Assembly (NCBI GenBank): GCA_963763775.1
Contig: CAVXPZ010000003.1
Location: forward strand, 160,001-224,000
Direction of reading: 5' to 3'
Length of the DNA: 64,000 bases
Source: an uncultured Chloroflexia bacterium
GTDB taxonomy: Bacteria; Chloroflexota; Limnocylindria; Limnocylindrales; CSP1-4
In this document: one piece after another, positions 1 through 9,671 of the stretch
Layout: each line of letters starts with the position of its first letter
Position numbering within the stretch: the stretch's first letter is position 1
Position numbers and translations under genes: made by a program
Notes under the pieces: generated by a model
Database searches by the model: none
Told to the model about the DNA's origin: nothing
Seen by the model: the letters and a program-made list of their open reading frames with translations, nothing else

Positions 1-285
1 GCCCTGCTGATCGACCCGGAGAATGCCGCCGCGGTCCGGATGGTCGCGCGGCTCGAAGAGGTGTACGCCTACCGAGGCGAGTCGATACCGGCCCCCGCCC
101 GGTCGACACCGGCCCCGGCCGAGCCGTCCGAGGCGACGAGGCTGGCCGCCGACGAGCCGCCTGCGGCCGAGCCGCCAGCGCCCATGGAGATGCCGCCCGA
201 GATCATGGCGGCTCCCCCGACCCCGCCGGCACCACCCAAGCCGCGTCGAACCTGGCTCGACCGTCTCCTGCGTCGCAACCGGTAG
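1..285 (+). CDS. 3' part of a protein running off the window edge; TPR-like motif followed by a Pro/Ala-rich tail
   Basis: Frame 1 is open from base 1 (ALLIDPENAAAVRMVARLEE...TWLDRLLRRNR*). 'ALxIDPxN' resembles the end of a TPR repeat. Confidence 0.55.
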   Translation, partial: ALLIDPENAAAVRMVARLEEVYAYRGESIPAPARSTPAPAEPSEATRLAADEPPAAEPPAPMEMPPEIMAAPPTPPAPPKPRRTWLDRLLRRNR

Positions 286-301
286 CCGCTACCATCGCCG
301 C

Positions 302-1297
302 ATGACCCGCATCCTCGTCACCGGCGGTGCCGGCTACGTCGGCTCGGTCTCGGCGGCCGCGTTCGCGGCGGCCGGCCACGACGTCACCGTGCTCGACGAC
401 CTCACGACGGGCCATCGCGCTGCCGTCCCGGTGCACGCCCGCCTGTTCGAGGGCTCGTACACGGACAAGGACGCGACCGCGCAGCTCCTCGTGCAGGAAG
501 GGATCGAGGCCATCCTGCACTGCGCCGCCCGATCGCTCGTCGGCGAATTGATCGCCGATCCGGCCAAGTACTACCGCGACAACGTCGCCGGCGGCGTGGC
601 GCTGCTCGAAGCGGCTCGCGAGGCCGGCGTCGGGCGGGTGGTGTTCTCGTCGTCGGCTGCCGTGTACGGCACGCCCGACGCGACCCCGATCACCGAGGAC
701 GCGCCGCAACGGCCGATCAACCCCTACGGCGAGACCAAGCGAACGTTCGAGGGTGCGCTGCGGTGGTACGGCCAGGCGTACGGCCTTCGCGCCGTGAGCC
801 TTCGCTACTTCAACGTCGCCGGCGCCACCGAGGACCACGGCGAGGACCACGACCCGGAGTCACACCTCATCCCGAACGTGCTCGCGGCCGCCGCCGGCGA
901 GCGCGACCTCACCGTCTTCGGCGACGACTATCCGACGCCCGACGGGACCTGCATCCGCGACTACATCCATGTCGCGGACCTGGCGACCGCGCACCTGCTC
1001 GCGATCGAGGCGACGACCCCCGGCGATCCACGGACCGACGCCTACCTGGCGTGCAACCTCGGGGTCGGCGGCGGGTTCTCGATCCGCGAGGTCGTCGCGG
1101 CCGCCGAGCGCGCCGTCGGCCACCCGATCCCGTTCACCCTGGGCACACGGCGCGCCGGCGACCCGCCGATCCTGGTGGCCTCATCGGAACGGGCGAGCAC
1201 GGTCCTCGGCTGGCGCCCGGCGCATCCGTCCCTCGACGACATGGTCGGATCGGCGTGGGCCTGGCGACAGCGGCACCCGGGCGGCTACGGAGCCTGA
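302..1297 (+). CDS. galE: UDP-glucose 4-epimerase
   Basis: ILVTGGAGYVGS Rossmann motif, FSSSAAVYG, YGETK (YxxxK), LRYFNVAGA, DGTCIRDYIHV. ATG 302 lies 6 nt after TACCAT. Confidence 0.95.
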   Translation: MTRILVTGGAGYVGSVSAAAFAAAGHDVTVLDDLTTGHRAAVPVHARLFEGSYTDKDATAQLLVQEGIEAILHCAARSLVGELIADPAKYYRDNVAGGVALLEAAREAGVGRVVFSSSAAVYGTPDATPITEDAPQRPINPYGETKRTFEGALRWYGQAYGLRAVSLRYFNVAGATEDHGEDHDPESHLIPNVLAAAAGERDLTVFGDDYPTPDGTCIRDYIHVADLATAHLLAIEATTPGDPRTDAYLACNLGVGGGFSIREVVAAAERAVGHPIPFTLGTRRAGDPPILVASSERASTVLGWRPAHPSLDDMVGSAWAWRQRHPGGYGA

Positions 1298-2565
1298 GCG
1301 GGTCCCTCGACCGCGCGCTGCCATTCAGGGACGTCGGTCGCGGGGAGATCGAGCTTCTGATCCGGCTTGACGCCGTCCAGGTCGAGTAGCCAAAGCGTCT
1401 GTTCGGACGGGTAGTACGCCAGCACCGACGACCCATCCGGAGAGAACCTCGTGTTGGGCGTGGCATTCTCCGTCAGCCTTGGACCGATGTCGATCGGCGT
1501 GCCGCCCTCGACCGGCACGACACTCAATGACAGGTACTCCGGCATGAAGCGGTAGAAGATGATCCGCTTGTCGTCCGGCGACAGTTGGGGGATCTCGTGG
1601 TTCTCCCCGAGGCCCGCGCTGACGGTCACGGGGACGTCGTGCTCGATGCCGGTCGCGATGTCGAGCAGCCGGATCCGACCGGGTTTGCCGGCGGCGAGAT
1701 CCCACTGGTGGTAGACGAGCTGACGGCCATCACCGGAGACATAGGGGGCAAACCAGGTCCCTTCGTCCGAGGAATAGGCCGTGATCTGCTTGAGGTGGGA
1801 TCCGTCCGCATCGACCGTGTAGATCGCGTAGTTGACGGCTCCACCGACCAGGCTCGTGCCTTTGAAGATGAACCCGCCGCCCGGGAGATACCAGAAATTC
1901 TGGGGCCGCACTTCGAGATCCAGAGTTCGAGCGCCGGAGCCATCGGCCTCGAGGACCGAGATCGCCGGCGATCCATCACGGTCCGCGATGATCGCGACCT
2001 GGCGCCCGTCAGGCGACCAATCCTGCTCGGCGAAGCCCGTGTATGTGCCGACCAATGGGTGGACGTCCGAGCCGTCCGCCCCGGCGACGAACACGCGCTG
2101 GCTCCCGTCCGAGACGAGACGTTCGAACACGATGTGTCGGCCGTCGCGGGACGGCAGCGGCGACGAGTCTTCCTCCGGGCCGCTGGAGATGGCTCGTGGC
2201 GTTCCAGTGGCAGAGTCGACGGCGTAGACGTCGCCGCCCGACGCGTAGATGAAGGAGCCGTTCGCCGCCGGTCCGAACGGTGCCGGAAGCGGAGCCGGGC
2301 GAGTGCCGATGTACGCCACCGCGAGCGCCGCGATGAGCAACGCGATGATCACGAGGAGCGCCAACGAGCGCGGTCGCCCACGGCTCGGGGCGCGAGCGAT
2401 GGTCAGATCCACAGGGAGCCACCTTTCGGGGAAGCGCCAGACGGGCCGCTGCCGCATACGGGCGGTCTGTCCGACGACGTCATCTCGGTAGTCGGGGGTC
2501 GCCATCGGCGCGAGCTGCGCCAGGAGACCGGGAAGGTCGCGCTCGAAGCGCTGTTCGGAGGTCAT
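1285..2565 (-). CDS. Membrane-anchored TolB/PD40-like beta-propeller protein, putative anti-sigma factor
   Basis: Short cytoplasmic N-terminus, one TM helix (LALLVIIALLIAALAVAYI), repeated WSPDG/SGDG/FSPDG blades. Its start overlaps the stop of the ECF sigma gene. Confidence 0.7.
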   Translation of the reverse strand: MTSEQRFERDLPGLLAQLAPMATPDYRDDVVGQTARMRQRPVWRFPERWLPVDLTIARAPSRGRPRSLALLVIIALLIAALAVAYIGTRPAPLPAPFGPAANGSFIYASGGDVYAVDSATGTPRAISSGPEEDSSPLPSRDGRHIVFERLVSDGSQRVFVAGADGSDVHPLVGTYTGFAEQDWSPDGRQVAIIADRDGSPAISVLEADGSGARTLDLEVRPQNFWYLPGGGFIFKGTSLVGGAVNYAIYTVDADGSHLKQITAYSSDEGTWFAPYVSGDGRQLVYHQWDLAAGKPGRIRLLDIATGIEHDVPVTVSAGLGENHEIPQLSPDDKRIIFYRFMPEYLSLSVVPVEGGTPIDIGPRLTENATPNTRFSPDGSSVLAYYPSEQTLWLLDLDGVKPDQKLDLPATDVPEWQRAVEGPAQAP

Positions 2566-3125
2566 GCCGGATGTCCTCCCGCGAAGGGCGCGGCCGCGGC
2601 GGCCGGCTCGCCGACCACCGAGGCGCGCATCGCCTTGAGCGCGTAGTACAGGCGGGATTGGGCCGTTCCGTAGGGGATGCCGATGGCGGCGGCCACCTCG
2701 TGGAGCGGCATGCCGAGGTAGTAGTGCAGGACGACGACCGCACGGTGCCCGGGATCGAGCCGCCGAAGCGCGACGTCAAGCAATTCGCGGTCGGCCACGT
2801 CACCGGCCATGTCCGTCACCGCCGGTGCATCGATGGGTTCGAGATCCACCTCGACCACGCGCCGGCTTCGACGCCGGGCGAGGTCGAGACACGAGTTCAC
2901 GGTGATGCGATGGAGCCAGGCATCGAACCGATCCGGGTCACGCAGGCCTGGGAAGTCGCGCCAGGCTCGGATCAAAGCCTCCTGGACCGCGTCGCGCGCG
3001 AGCTCCGGGTCCCGAAGGATGAGGCGAGCCGCGGAGTCCAGCCGCGCGATCGAGACGTCGACGAGCACGGTGAAGGCGTCATGATCGCCGTCCCTCGCGC
3101 GTTCGACGAGCCGTCGCTGGTCCAC
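2562..3125 (-). CDS. ECF sigma-70 factor
   Basis: Region 2 (ARDAVQEALIRAWR...FDAWLHRITVNSCLD) and region 4 HTH (LHEVAAAIGIPYGTAQSRLYYA). Confidence 0.93.
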   Translation of the reverse strand: MDQRRLVERARDGDHDAFTVLVDVSIARLDSAARLILRDPELARDAVQEALIRAWRDFPGLRDPDRFDAWLHRITVNSCLDLARRRSRRVVEVDLEPIDAPAVTDMAGDVADRELLDVALRRLDPGHRAVVVLHYYLGMPLHEVAAAIGIPYGTAQSRLYYALKAMRASVVGEPAAAAAPFAGGHPA

Positions 3126-3440
3126 ATCTCGCCTCGTACTGGCACGCCGACGTGGTCGTGCTCACAAAGGTATGGCGTGGAGCCCGCGCGAATCATTCAT
3201 CGCCGCTTCGAATGGGTCGCTGGCGACCGCCCTGAGGCGCGAAGGGATGGGCCTGGTTTGATGGCGACGGTCCGCTTGGTCTGCATCGTGCCGCCGTCAG
3301 GCATGAAGGTTCTTGGACTCGAGCGAGTCGTCGGGGTCACGACCGCCGACGAACGCGATCCTGGACGGGCCGGCCAGCCCGATCCAGCAGCGCGATCCAG
3401 CGGGCTCGATCGGCCACTGCCGGCTCGGTTGCTTCTCGCG

Positions 3441-3592
3441 TAGTCACCAGACGGGCCCTGTGCGCCCCTCGGACGGTCATCGCTTCTTGCCTAGTCCTCA
3501 GGTGACTATCTGGGATGCAGATCGCCCGATTCCGGGCCGATCCGGCTCAAGTCGCCCACACAGGGGTCGGCTGGTGACTATCCGGGAAGTGC
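3441..3592. repeat. Palindromic intergenic element, copy A (MITE/REP-like)
   Basis: Imperfect inverted repeats TAGTCACCAGACGGGCCCTGTG (3441) and CACAGGGGTCGGCTGGTGACTA (ends 3580), with central palindrome TAGTCCTCAGGTGACTA (3492-3508). Related copy at ~55525. Confidence 0.55.
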
Positions 3593-3691
3593 CGGGTCCG
3601 CTCGAGGCGATCTCGGCCCGACGCGGGCCCGGGCCCGCGTGCGCCCCGGCCGCGCCCGGTCCCCGCCGACCCGAGCATCAGCCGCGATCCC

Positions 3692-5056
3692 CTAGCGCGG
3701 CTCCATCGGGCCACCGGCCGGGGCCAGTCGTTCCGGCGGCGTCGGGTGCCCGTGGAAGGCGATGTCGCCCTCTCCGCTGCCGGCCCAATCGTCGCGGACC
3801 GGCCAGATCAGCCACAGGCCGATGAGCATCGTGACGAGCAGGCTGAGCACGGCGACCTGGTACGCGAAGTTCCCCGCCGCCTCGAGCAGGAGGAAGATGA
3901 TCAGGCCGTACAGCAGCTGCCCGACGACTTGCGAACCCTTCCCCACCAACCCGTACAGGCCGAAGAACTCGCCCAGCCGCTCGGGCGGTGAGAGCCGGAC
4001 CATGAGCACGCGGTCCGCGACGGTCACGCCGCCGAGGCCACTGCCGAGGATGGCGCCGGCGATCAGGAACGGGATCAGTCCACTCGACCCGAACCCGAGC
4101 GAGATCCCACCGATCACGAGGCCCACCGCCCACGAGATCAGCACCACCACCAGTGTCCACTTCGGGCCGCGCCGGTCGCACAGCCAGCCCCACACGAAGC
4201 TCATGAAGATCGCCACGAACGTGAGCCCGAGCAGGATCACATTCGCGGTCGCCGCCGAGACCCCGAGGACCTCGACCGTGACGATGCTCATCACGACGAT
4301 CACCGTGTTCACGGCATCGCTGTAGAAGAACCGTCCGACAAGGAACCGGCCCAGCCCCGGCACCTCGCGCGCATGCGCGATCGACCGGCGCAGCTGGCTG
4401 AAGGACTCGAGCAGGGTTCGCGCCGTGAACGGTTCGTCAGCACGGACCTTCGGCTCGCGCACGACGAGGAAGATCGGGATCGCGAAGAGCAGGAAGAGGA
4501 TCGCGGAGAGGCGGAACCGGTCGACGACCGGCACTTCCAAGGCGAAGATCAGGAGGCCGACGAACACGGTCCCCATGTACCCGACGGCGGTCCCGATCCC
4601 GGAGAGCTTGCCGCGGGTCTCGGGGTAGCTGACCGTCTTGAGCGTCGCGTCGTAATAGATGAGCGCGGCCTGGTACGCGAAGTTGGCCACGATGAACAGG
4701 GCGAGGCCGACGATCGGTGGCGGCCCGGCGATGAAGAACGTCGCCACGATGCACAGGACCGTGAACCCCAGCAGGTACGGCATCCGCCGTCCGCCACGGT
4801 CCGAGATCGCGCCGAGGACCGGCGACACGAGGGCGTTGATGCCGACGCTGATGACGATCGCGAGCGAGAAGAGCAGGTTGCCGTCGCGCTCGCCGAACTG
4901 GTCGTCGCTGACGAGATACAGCCCGATCGCCCCCGACACCACCGCGAAGCTGAAGATCGTGTTCGCGAAGTCGTACAGGGACCAGCCGATGGGCACCACC
5001 GCCCGGCCGCTCGGCGTCAGGCCCGCGAGACCGCCGGGACGGGTTGGGCTCGTCAC
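3692..5056 (-). CDS. MFS transporter (UMF1/Atg22-like family)
   Basis: WSLYDFANTIFS N-terminal motif, GAISDRGGRR loop motif, about 12 hydrophobic helices. GTG 5056 lies 6 nt after a minus-strand TATCAT. Confidence 0.88.
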   Translation of the reverse strand: MTSPTRPGGLAGLTPSGRAVVPIGWSLYDFANTIFSFAVVSGAIGLYLVSDDQFGERDGNLLFSLAIVISVGINALVSPVLGAISDRGGRRMPYLLGFTVLCIVATFFIAGPPPIVGLALFIVANFAYQAALIYYDATLKTVSYPETRGKLSGIGTAVGYMGTVFVGLLIFALEVPVVDRFRLSAILFLLFAIPIFLVVREPKVRADEPFTARTLLESFSQLRRSIAHAREVPGLGRFLVGRFFYSDAVNTVIVVMSIVTVEVLGVSAATANVILLGLTFVAIFMSFVWGWLCDRRGPKWTLVVVLISWAVGLVIGGISLGFGSSGLIPFLIAGAILGSGLGGVTVADRVLMVRLSPPERLGEFFGLYGLVGKGSQVVGQLLYGLIIFLLLEAAGNFAYQVAVLSLLVTMLIGLWLIWPVRDDWAGSGEGDIAFHGHPTPPERLAPAGGPMEPR

Positions 5057-5087
5057 CGCGCGATGATAGTCGTCTAGGATGCGCTCG

Positions 5088-5783
5088 ATGACGACCGCAA
5101 CCGCCCTGGCGATCGTTCGCGACATCCGGCCGCAGCGCTTCGGCGAGACCGCCCCCGGACGGATCGACAACCCCGTCGTGGAGCCGCTCTGGGCGGGGAT
5201 CCGCGTGCTGGCCGCCGTCGCCGGCGACGCGTCCGCGGTGGTCGACGAGACCGGCGAACCGATCGTCGACCAGCTCATGATCGAAGCGAGCCTGCGGGCC
5301 GCCGTGGCGGCGGACGAAGTGATCCTCGACGGGTTCCTCACCAAGCAGGTGTCGCACGACGGGACGGGCGTGTACGTCGGGGCACCGGCGCTGCCGGCGA
5401 CCGGGAAGCTCATCGCGCAGTCGATGGTCGGGAGCCGCCGGAACGTCCGAGCCGAGGCCACGGAGCACCTCGAGCGCGAGCACGAGGCGCGCACCTTCGG
5501 TCCCGGCGACACGATCTCGTTCGTCGCGATCGACCTCCTGCACCTCGATGGCCAGCCGCTGCTCGATGTCCCGCTGCTCGAGCGAAAGCGCCTGCTCGAA
5601 GCCGTCGTCAGCGAGGCCGATCTCGTCCGCCGCGGCGCCTACGTGCGACCGCCGATCGAGACCTGGGTCAACTCCTGGCGAGCGTTGGGTTTCACCGGCC
5701 TGAGCTACAAGGCCGCCAACGGGCACTATCAGCCGGGCGGCATCAAGGGCGACTGGGCGACCTCGGCGATGCCCCGCCGCTGA
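5088..5783 (+). CDS. ATP-dependent DNA ligase adenylation-domain homologue with degenerate catalytic motifs
   Basis: EPLWAGIR (motif I without Lys), ILDGFL, FVAIDLL, PLLERKRLL, GLSYKAANGHYQPG. No C-terminal OB-fold. ATG 5088 lies 7 nt after TAGGAT. Confidence 0.7.
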   Translation: MTTATALAIVRDIRPQRFGETAPGRIDNPVVEPLWAGIRVLAAVAGDASAVVDETGEPIVDQLMIEASLRAAVAADEVILDGFLTKQVSHDGTGVYVGAPALPATGKLIAQSMVGSRRNVRAEATEHLEREHEARTFGPGDTISFVAIDLLHLDGQPLLDVPLLERKRLLEAVVSEADLVRRGAYVRPPIETWVNSWRALGFTGLSYKAANGHYQPGGIKGDWATSAMPRR

Positions 5784-5815
5784 CGCCGGCCGTGCGTGGG
5801 TGGTACGGTGGGGAC

Positions 5816-7192
5816 GTGCCCCAGACCGCCTTGACGCCGGCCATCCGCGATGAGATCGCCCGGCTCGGCAAGGCCGACATCATGGTCGGCATCCCGAGTT
5901 TCAAGAACGCCGCGACGATCGGCTACGTCGTGCGCGCGGCCCAGGCCGGGCTCGTCCAGTACTTCCCGGACCTCCGCCCGGTCGTCGTCAATTCGGACGC
6001 TGGATCGCCGGACGGCACGAGCCGCGTGGTCATCGAGACCGAGCCTCCCGACTACGTCGAGCAGATCCTGCTGGTCAGGCCCAGCCACAAGCTCCAGCGC
6101 GTCAGCCTGACCTACCCCGAGATCGAGGGCAGCGGCGGCAAGGGCGCCGCGCTGCGCACGATCTTCGAGATCGCCTCGGCGCTCGAGGTGCAGGCGCTGG
6201 TCGTCGTCGACTCCGACCTGCGCTCGATCGTCCCCGAGTGGATCGAACTCCTCGCCGGCCCGATCCTGAAGGGCGGCTATGACTTCGTCGCCCCGCTGTA
6301 CGCGCGTTACAAGTACGACGGCACGATCACGAACACCGTCACGTACCCACTGACGCGGGCGCTGTACGGCAACCGGATCCGCCAACCGATCGGCGGCGAC
6401 TTCGGCGTCTCGGGCGACCTCGTCAAGCACTACCTCGAGCTCGACGACTGGACGCCGGACATCAGCAAGTTCGGCATCGACATCTGGATGACGACCTCCG
6501 CGCTCGCCGGCGGGTACGCGGTGTGCCAGACGCGGCTCGGTGCCAAGATCCACGACCCCAAGGACCCAGGCTCGGACCTCGGGCCGATGTTCCGCCAGGT
6601 CGTCGGCACGATCCTCCGGCTGGCGGACCGCTATGCCGACCACTGGCTCCCGATCCACGGCAGCCACGACGTCCCGGCGTACGGATTCGAGCGGATCATC
6701 GAGCCGCCGCCGCTCGAGGTGAACACGCTCCGCCTCCTCTCCGAGTTCCACGCCGGGTCGCTGACCCTCGCGGACACGTGGCGCTCGATGCTGGCGCCCG
6801 CGACGGCCGCCACCGTCCTGGAACTCGCGGCCGAGGCCGGGACGCTCGCGGACGCCGCACGCACCAAGCTCGGCATCGGCGGGGACGTGGCCTCCACGGC
6901 GGCCACCACGCTCGAGATGGCCGAGGCGGCCAGCTCGTTCCACTTCCCGGACGACACGTGGGCCCGGGTCGTGTACGACCTCGTCGTCGCAGCGCGCGAC
7001 CCGAAGCCGTCGCTCGAGACGCTGGTCGCGGCGCTCGTCCCGATCTACTTCGGTCGGGTGGGGAGCTTCGTCATCGAGAACCGCCACGTCCCGACGGACG
7101 CCGCCGAGGAGCGCGTCGAGCGCCAGGCCCGCGAGTTCGAACTGCTCAAGCCGTACCTCGTCGAGCGCTGGGAAGCGGCGGGCACGCCGTGA
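5816..7192 (+). CDS. GT-A glycosyltransferase, glucosylglycerate/mannosylglycerate synthase-like
   Basis: VGIPSFKNAATIGYVV, DAGSPDGT, GKGAAL, VDSDL (DxD), IRQPIGGDFG, FGIDIWMT. GTG start 6 nt after TACGGT. Confidence 0.8.
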   Translation: MPQTALTPAIRDEIARLGKADIMVGIPSFKNAATIGYVVRAAQAGLVQYFPDLRPVVVNSDAGSPDGTSRVVIETEPPDYVEQILLVRPSHKLQRVSLTYPEIEGSGGKGAALRTIFEIASALEVQALVVVDSDLRSIVPEWIELLAGPILKGGYDFVAPLYARYKYDGTITNTVTYPLTRALYGNRIRQPIGGDFGVSGDLVKHYLELDDWTPDISKFGIDIWMTTSALAGGYAVCQTRLGAKIHDPKDPGSDLGPMFRQVVGTILRLADRYADHWLPIHGSHDVPAYGFERIIEPPPLEVNTLRLLSEFHAGSLTLADTWRSMLAPATAATVLELAAEAGTLADAARTKLGIGGDVASTAATTLEMAEAASSFHFPDDTWARVVYDLVVAARDPKPSLETLVAALVPIYFGRVGSFVIENRHVPTDAAEERVERQAREFELLKPYLVERWEAAGTP

Positions 7193-9147
7193 GCGCGAGG
7201 ACGCCGCTCCCGGCTCGCATCCTCATCCCGGTCGCGAACCCGATGACCGCGGAGGAGCTCATCCGCCTCGGCTCGGCGATGCTCGACCGGCGGAACGGGG
7301 AGATCAGCGCGCTCGGCATCGTGGAGGTGCCCGAAGGGATGCCGCTGTCCGAGGGCGCGACCCGGGCGCGCCACGCCCGCCGGCTCCTCCAGCGCGTCCT
7401 CGACTACGCGCCGGACGGCGTCACGATCCACCCCATCGTCCGGATCGGGCGCCATGCGGCCGAAGGCATCGTCGAGGCCGCCGCCGAGCAGGAGGCCGAC
7501 CTGATCATCTTCGGGTGGGGCGGGCGCACCGCGACGACCCGCTCGGGGGCGGCACGCGCCGATGGCGGTCGGCGCGCGGGCGCGCGCGAGAGCAACGCGC
7601 CGGCGGTCCTCTCACCGACGATCGACGAGGTCGTCCGCGACGCGCCGTGCGACATCGCGGTCATCAAGCAGCGCGGCTCCAAGGACATCAAGCGGATCCT
7701 CGTCCCGGTCCGCGGCGGCCCGCATGCCGAGCTGGCCATCCGCTACGCGGACGCGATCGCCCGCTATCACGACGCGACGGTCGTCGTCCTCCATCTCGTG
7801 CCGCCCGGGATCACGATCGCGGTCCGCGCCCAGGCCGAGCGGGCCCTGGCGGGCTTCGTGAAGCAGCACCTCCACGGCCGGGGAGAAGCGCTGCTGCGCG
7901 AGGCCCCGAACGTCCGGAACGCGATCCTGCGCGAGGCGGAGAAGGCCGATCTCGTCGTGATGGGCGCGTCCGCGCAGACGACCGGCGCCGACGGTGAGGC
8001 GCACCTGTTCGGGGCGCTTCCGGAGGCGGTCGCCGCCCGGGCCAAGCCCTCGGTCGTCGTCGTCCGGACGCGTGAGGCCATCGGGCGCGCGACCTTCGAG
8101 CAGCTCGCGACCCGGGCCGAGACCCTCGCCGCGGCCGATCGTGCCGCCGATGAGGCCCGAGCCGTCCCGGTCCGCGTCGAGCGCTGGTTCGGCGAGTCGA
8201 ACTTCCACCACGCGGAGTTCGCCGACCTCCGGAGGCTCGTCACGCTGAAGGAGAAGCAGGGGCTGACGATCAGCCTGGTCCTGCCCACGCTCGACGAGGA
8301 GGAGACCATCGGGCCGATCGTCCGCAAGGCGATGCGCGAGATGGTCGGCCGCGTCCCACTGCTCGACGAGGTCCTGGTCATCGATTCCGCCTCGACGGAC
8401 CGGACTCGCGAGATCGCCGAGTCCGAGGGCGCCCGCGTCGTCCAGCATCCCGACGTCCTGTCGCGGTACGGCTCGTTCGTCGGCAAGGGCGAGGCGCTCT
8501 GGAAGTCGCTCTACGAGACCTCGGGCGACATCGTCGTGTGGGCCGACACGGACGTCCGGAACTGGCACCCACGGATGGTCTACGGGACGGTGGGGCCGCT
8601 CCTCCACGAGCCGCGACTCCAGTACGTCAAGGGCTACTACCAACGCCCGATCGTCGAGGACGGGATCCTCAAGGAAGGCGGCGGCGGGCGCGTCACGGAG
8701 CTCGTGGCGAGGCCGCTCATCAACCTCTTCTACCCGGAGTTGTCGGGCATGATCCAGCCGCTGTCCGGCGAGTACGCCGGACGACGCGCCCTGCTGGAGC
8801 AGATCCCGTTCTTCACGGGCTACGCCGTCGAGATCGGCCACCTCATCGACGCCGCCGAGCGGCTCGGCATCGAGGGCCTGGGCCAGGTGGACCTCGAGCG
8901 GCGCGTCCACCGCAACCAGGAGCTCGAGGGGCTCTCGCGCATGTCGTTCGTCATCATCCAGGCGGTGATGAAGCGCCTCGAGGAGCGTCGGAAGGCCCGG
9001 CTGTTCGCCGAGATGGGCTCCACCATGAAGCTGCCGCGGTCCGGCCGCGGCCGGTTGTCGCTCGAGGTGATCGAGCTTGCGGACCAGGAGCGTCCGCCGA
9101 TGATCCGCATCCCCGAGTACGTCGAGCGTCGCTCGATCAAGGCGTGA
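7189..9147 (+). CDS. gpgS: Universal-stress-protein (2x USP) fused to glucosyl-3-phosphoglycerate synthase
   Basis: N-terminal RILIPVANP and RILVPVRGGPHA USP domains. C-terminal LPTLDEEETIG, GKGEALWKSL, DTD, GGGRVTELVARP, IQPLSGEYAGRR, RVHRNQ of GT81 GpgS. GTGA coupling. Confidence 0.85.
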   Translation: MSARTPLPARILIPVANPMTAEELIRLGSAMLDRRNGEISALGIVEVPEGMPLSEGATRARHARRLLQRVLDYAPDGVTIHPIVRIGRHAAEGIVEAAAEQEADLIIFGWGGRTATTRSGAARADGGRRAGARESNAPAVLSPTIDEVVRDAPCDIAVIKQRGSKDIKRILVPVRGGPHAELAIRYADAIARYHDATVVVLHLVPPGITIAVRAQAERALAGFVKQHLHGRGEALLREAPNVRNAILREAEKADLVVMGASAQTTGADGEAHLFGALPEAVAARAKPSVVVVRTREAIGRATFEQLATRAETLAAADRAADEARAVPVRVERWFGESNFHHAEFADLRRLVTLKEKQGLTISLVLPTLDEEETIGPIVRKAMREMVGRVPLLDEVLVIDSASTDRTREIAESEGARVVQHPDVLSRYGSFVGKGEALWKSLYETSGDIVVWADTDVRNWHPRMVYGTVGPLLHEPRLQYVKGYYQRPIVEDGILKEGGGGRVTELVARPLINLFYPELSGMIQPLSGEYAGRRALLEQIPFFTGYAVEIGHLIDAAERLGIEGLGQVDLERRVHRNQELEGLSRMSFVIIQAVMKRLEERRKARLFAEMGSTMKLPRSGRGRLSLEVIELADQERPPMIRIPEYVERRSIKA

Positions 9148-9671
9148 GCGCGGCCGTCATCGAGCGCCTCGAGGTCGACGGGTATCGAGCCGCGATCCCG
9201 GAGCTTGCGGCACTCGTCCTCGACGCCGTGGCGAGTGGCGCAGGAGTCAACTTCCTTGATGGCGTCACGACCGAGGAGGCGGCCGCCTGGTGGACCGCAC
9301 GACTCCCCGACATCGCCGACGGCACGACGACGGCGTTCGTGGCACGCGACGCCGACGGCGGGGTCGTCGGCTCGACGCTCCTGATCCGCTCGCGGAATCC
9401 CAACTCCCCGCACCGTGCGGAGATCGGCAAGGTACTCGTGCGGCACGACGCGCGGCGGCTCGGGATCGGTGGGGCGCTCATGACCGCCGCCGAGGTCGAG
9501 GCACGCGCCGACGGACGCTGGCTGCTCATCCTCGACACCGTCACCGGCAGCGCCGCGGACAGGCTCTATCGAGCGATGGGCTGGACCGAGCTCGGCATCG
9601 TCCCGAGCCATTCCCTGCTGCCGAACGGCATGCTGTCCGACACGACGTTCTTCTGGAAGGACCTCCGGTGA
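9144..9671 (+). CDS. GNAT family N-acetyltransferase
   Basis: HRAEIGKVLV, ARRLGIGGALM acetyl-CoA loop, LLILDT, LYRAMGW. GTGA coupling. Confidence 0.88.
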   Translation: MSAAVIERLEVDGYRAAIPELAALVLDAVASGAGVNFLDGVTTEEAAAWWTARLPDIADGTTTAFVARDADGGVVGSTLLIRSRNPNSPHRAEIGKVLVRHDARRLGIGGALMTAAEVEARADGRWLLILDTVTGSAADRLYRAMGWTELGIVPSHSLLPNGMLSDTTFFWKDLR

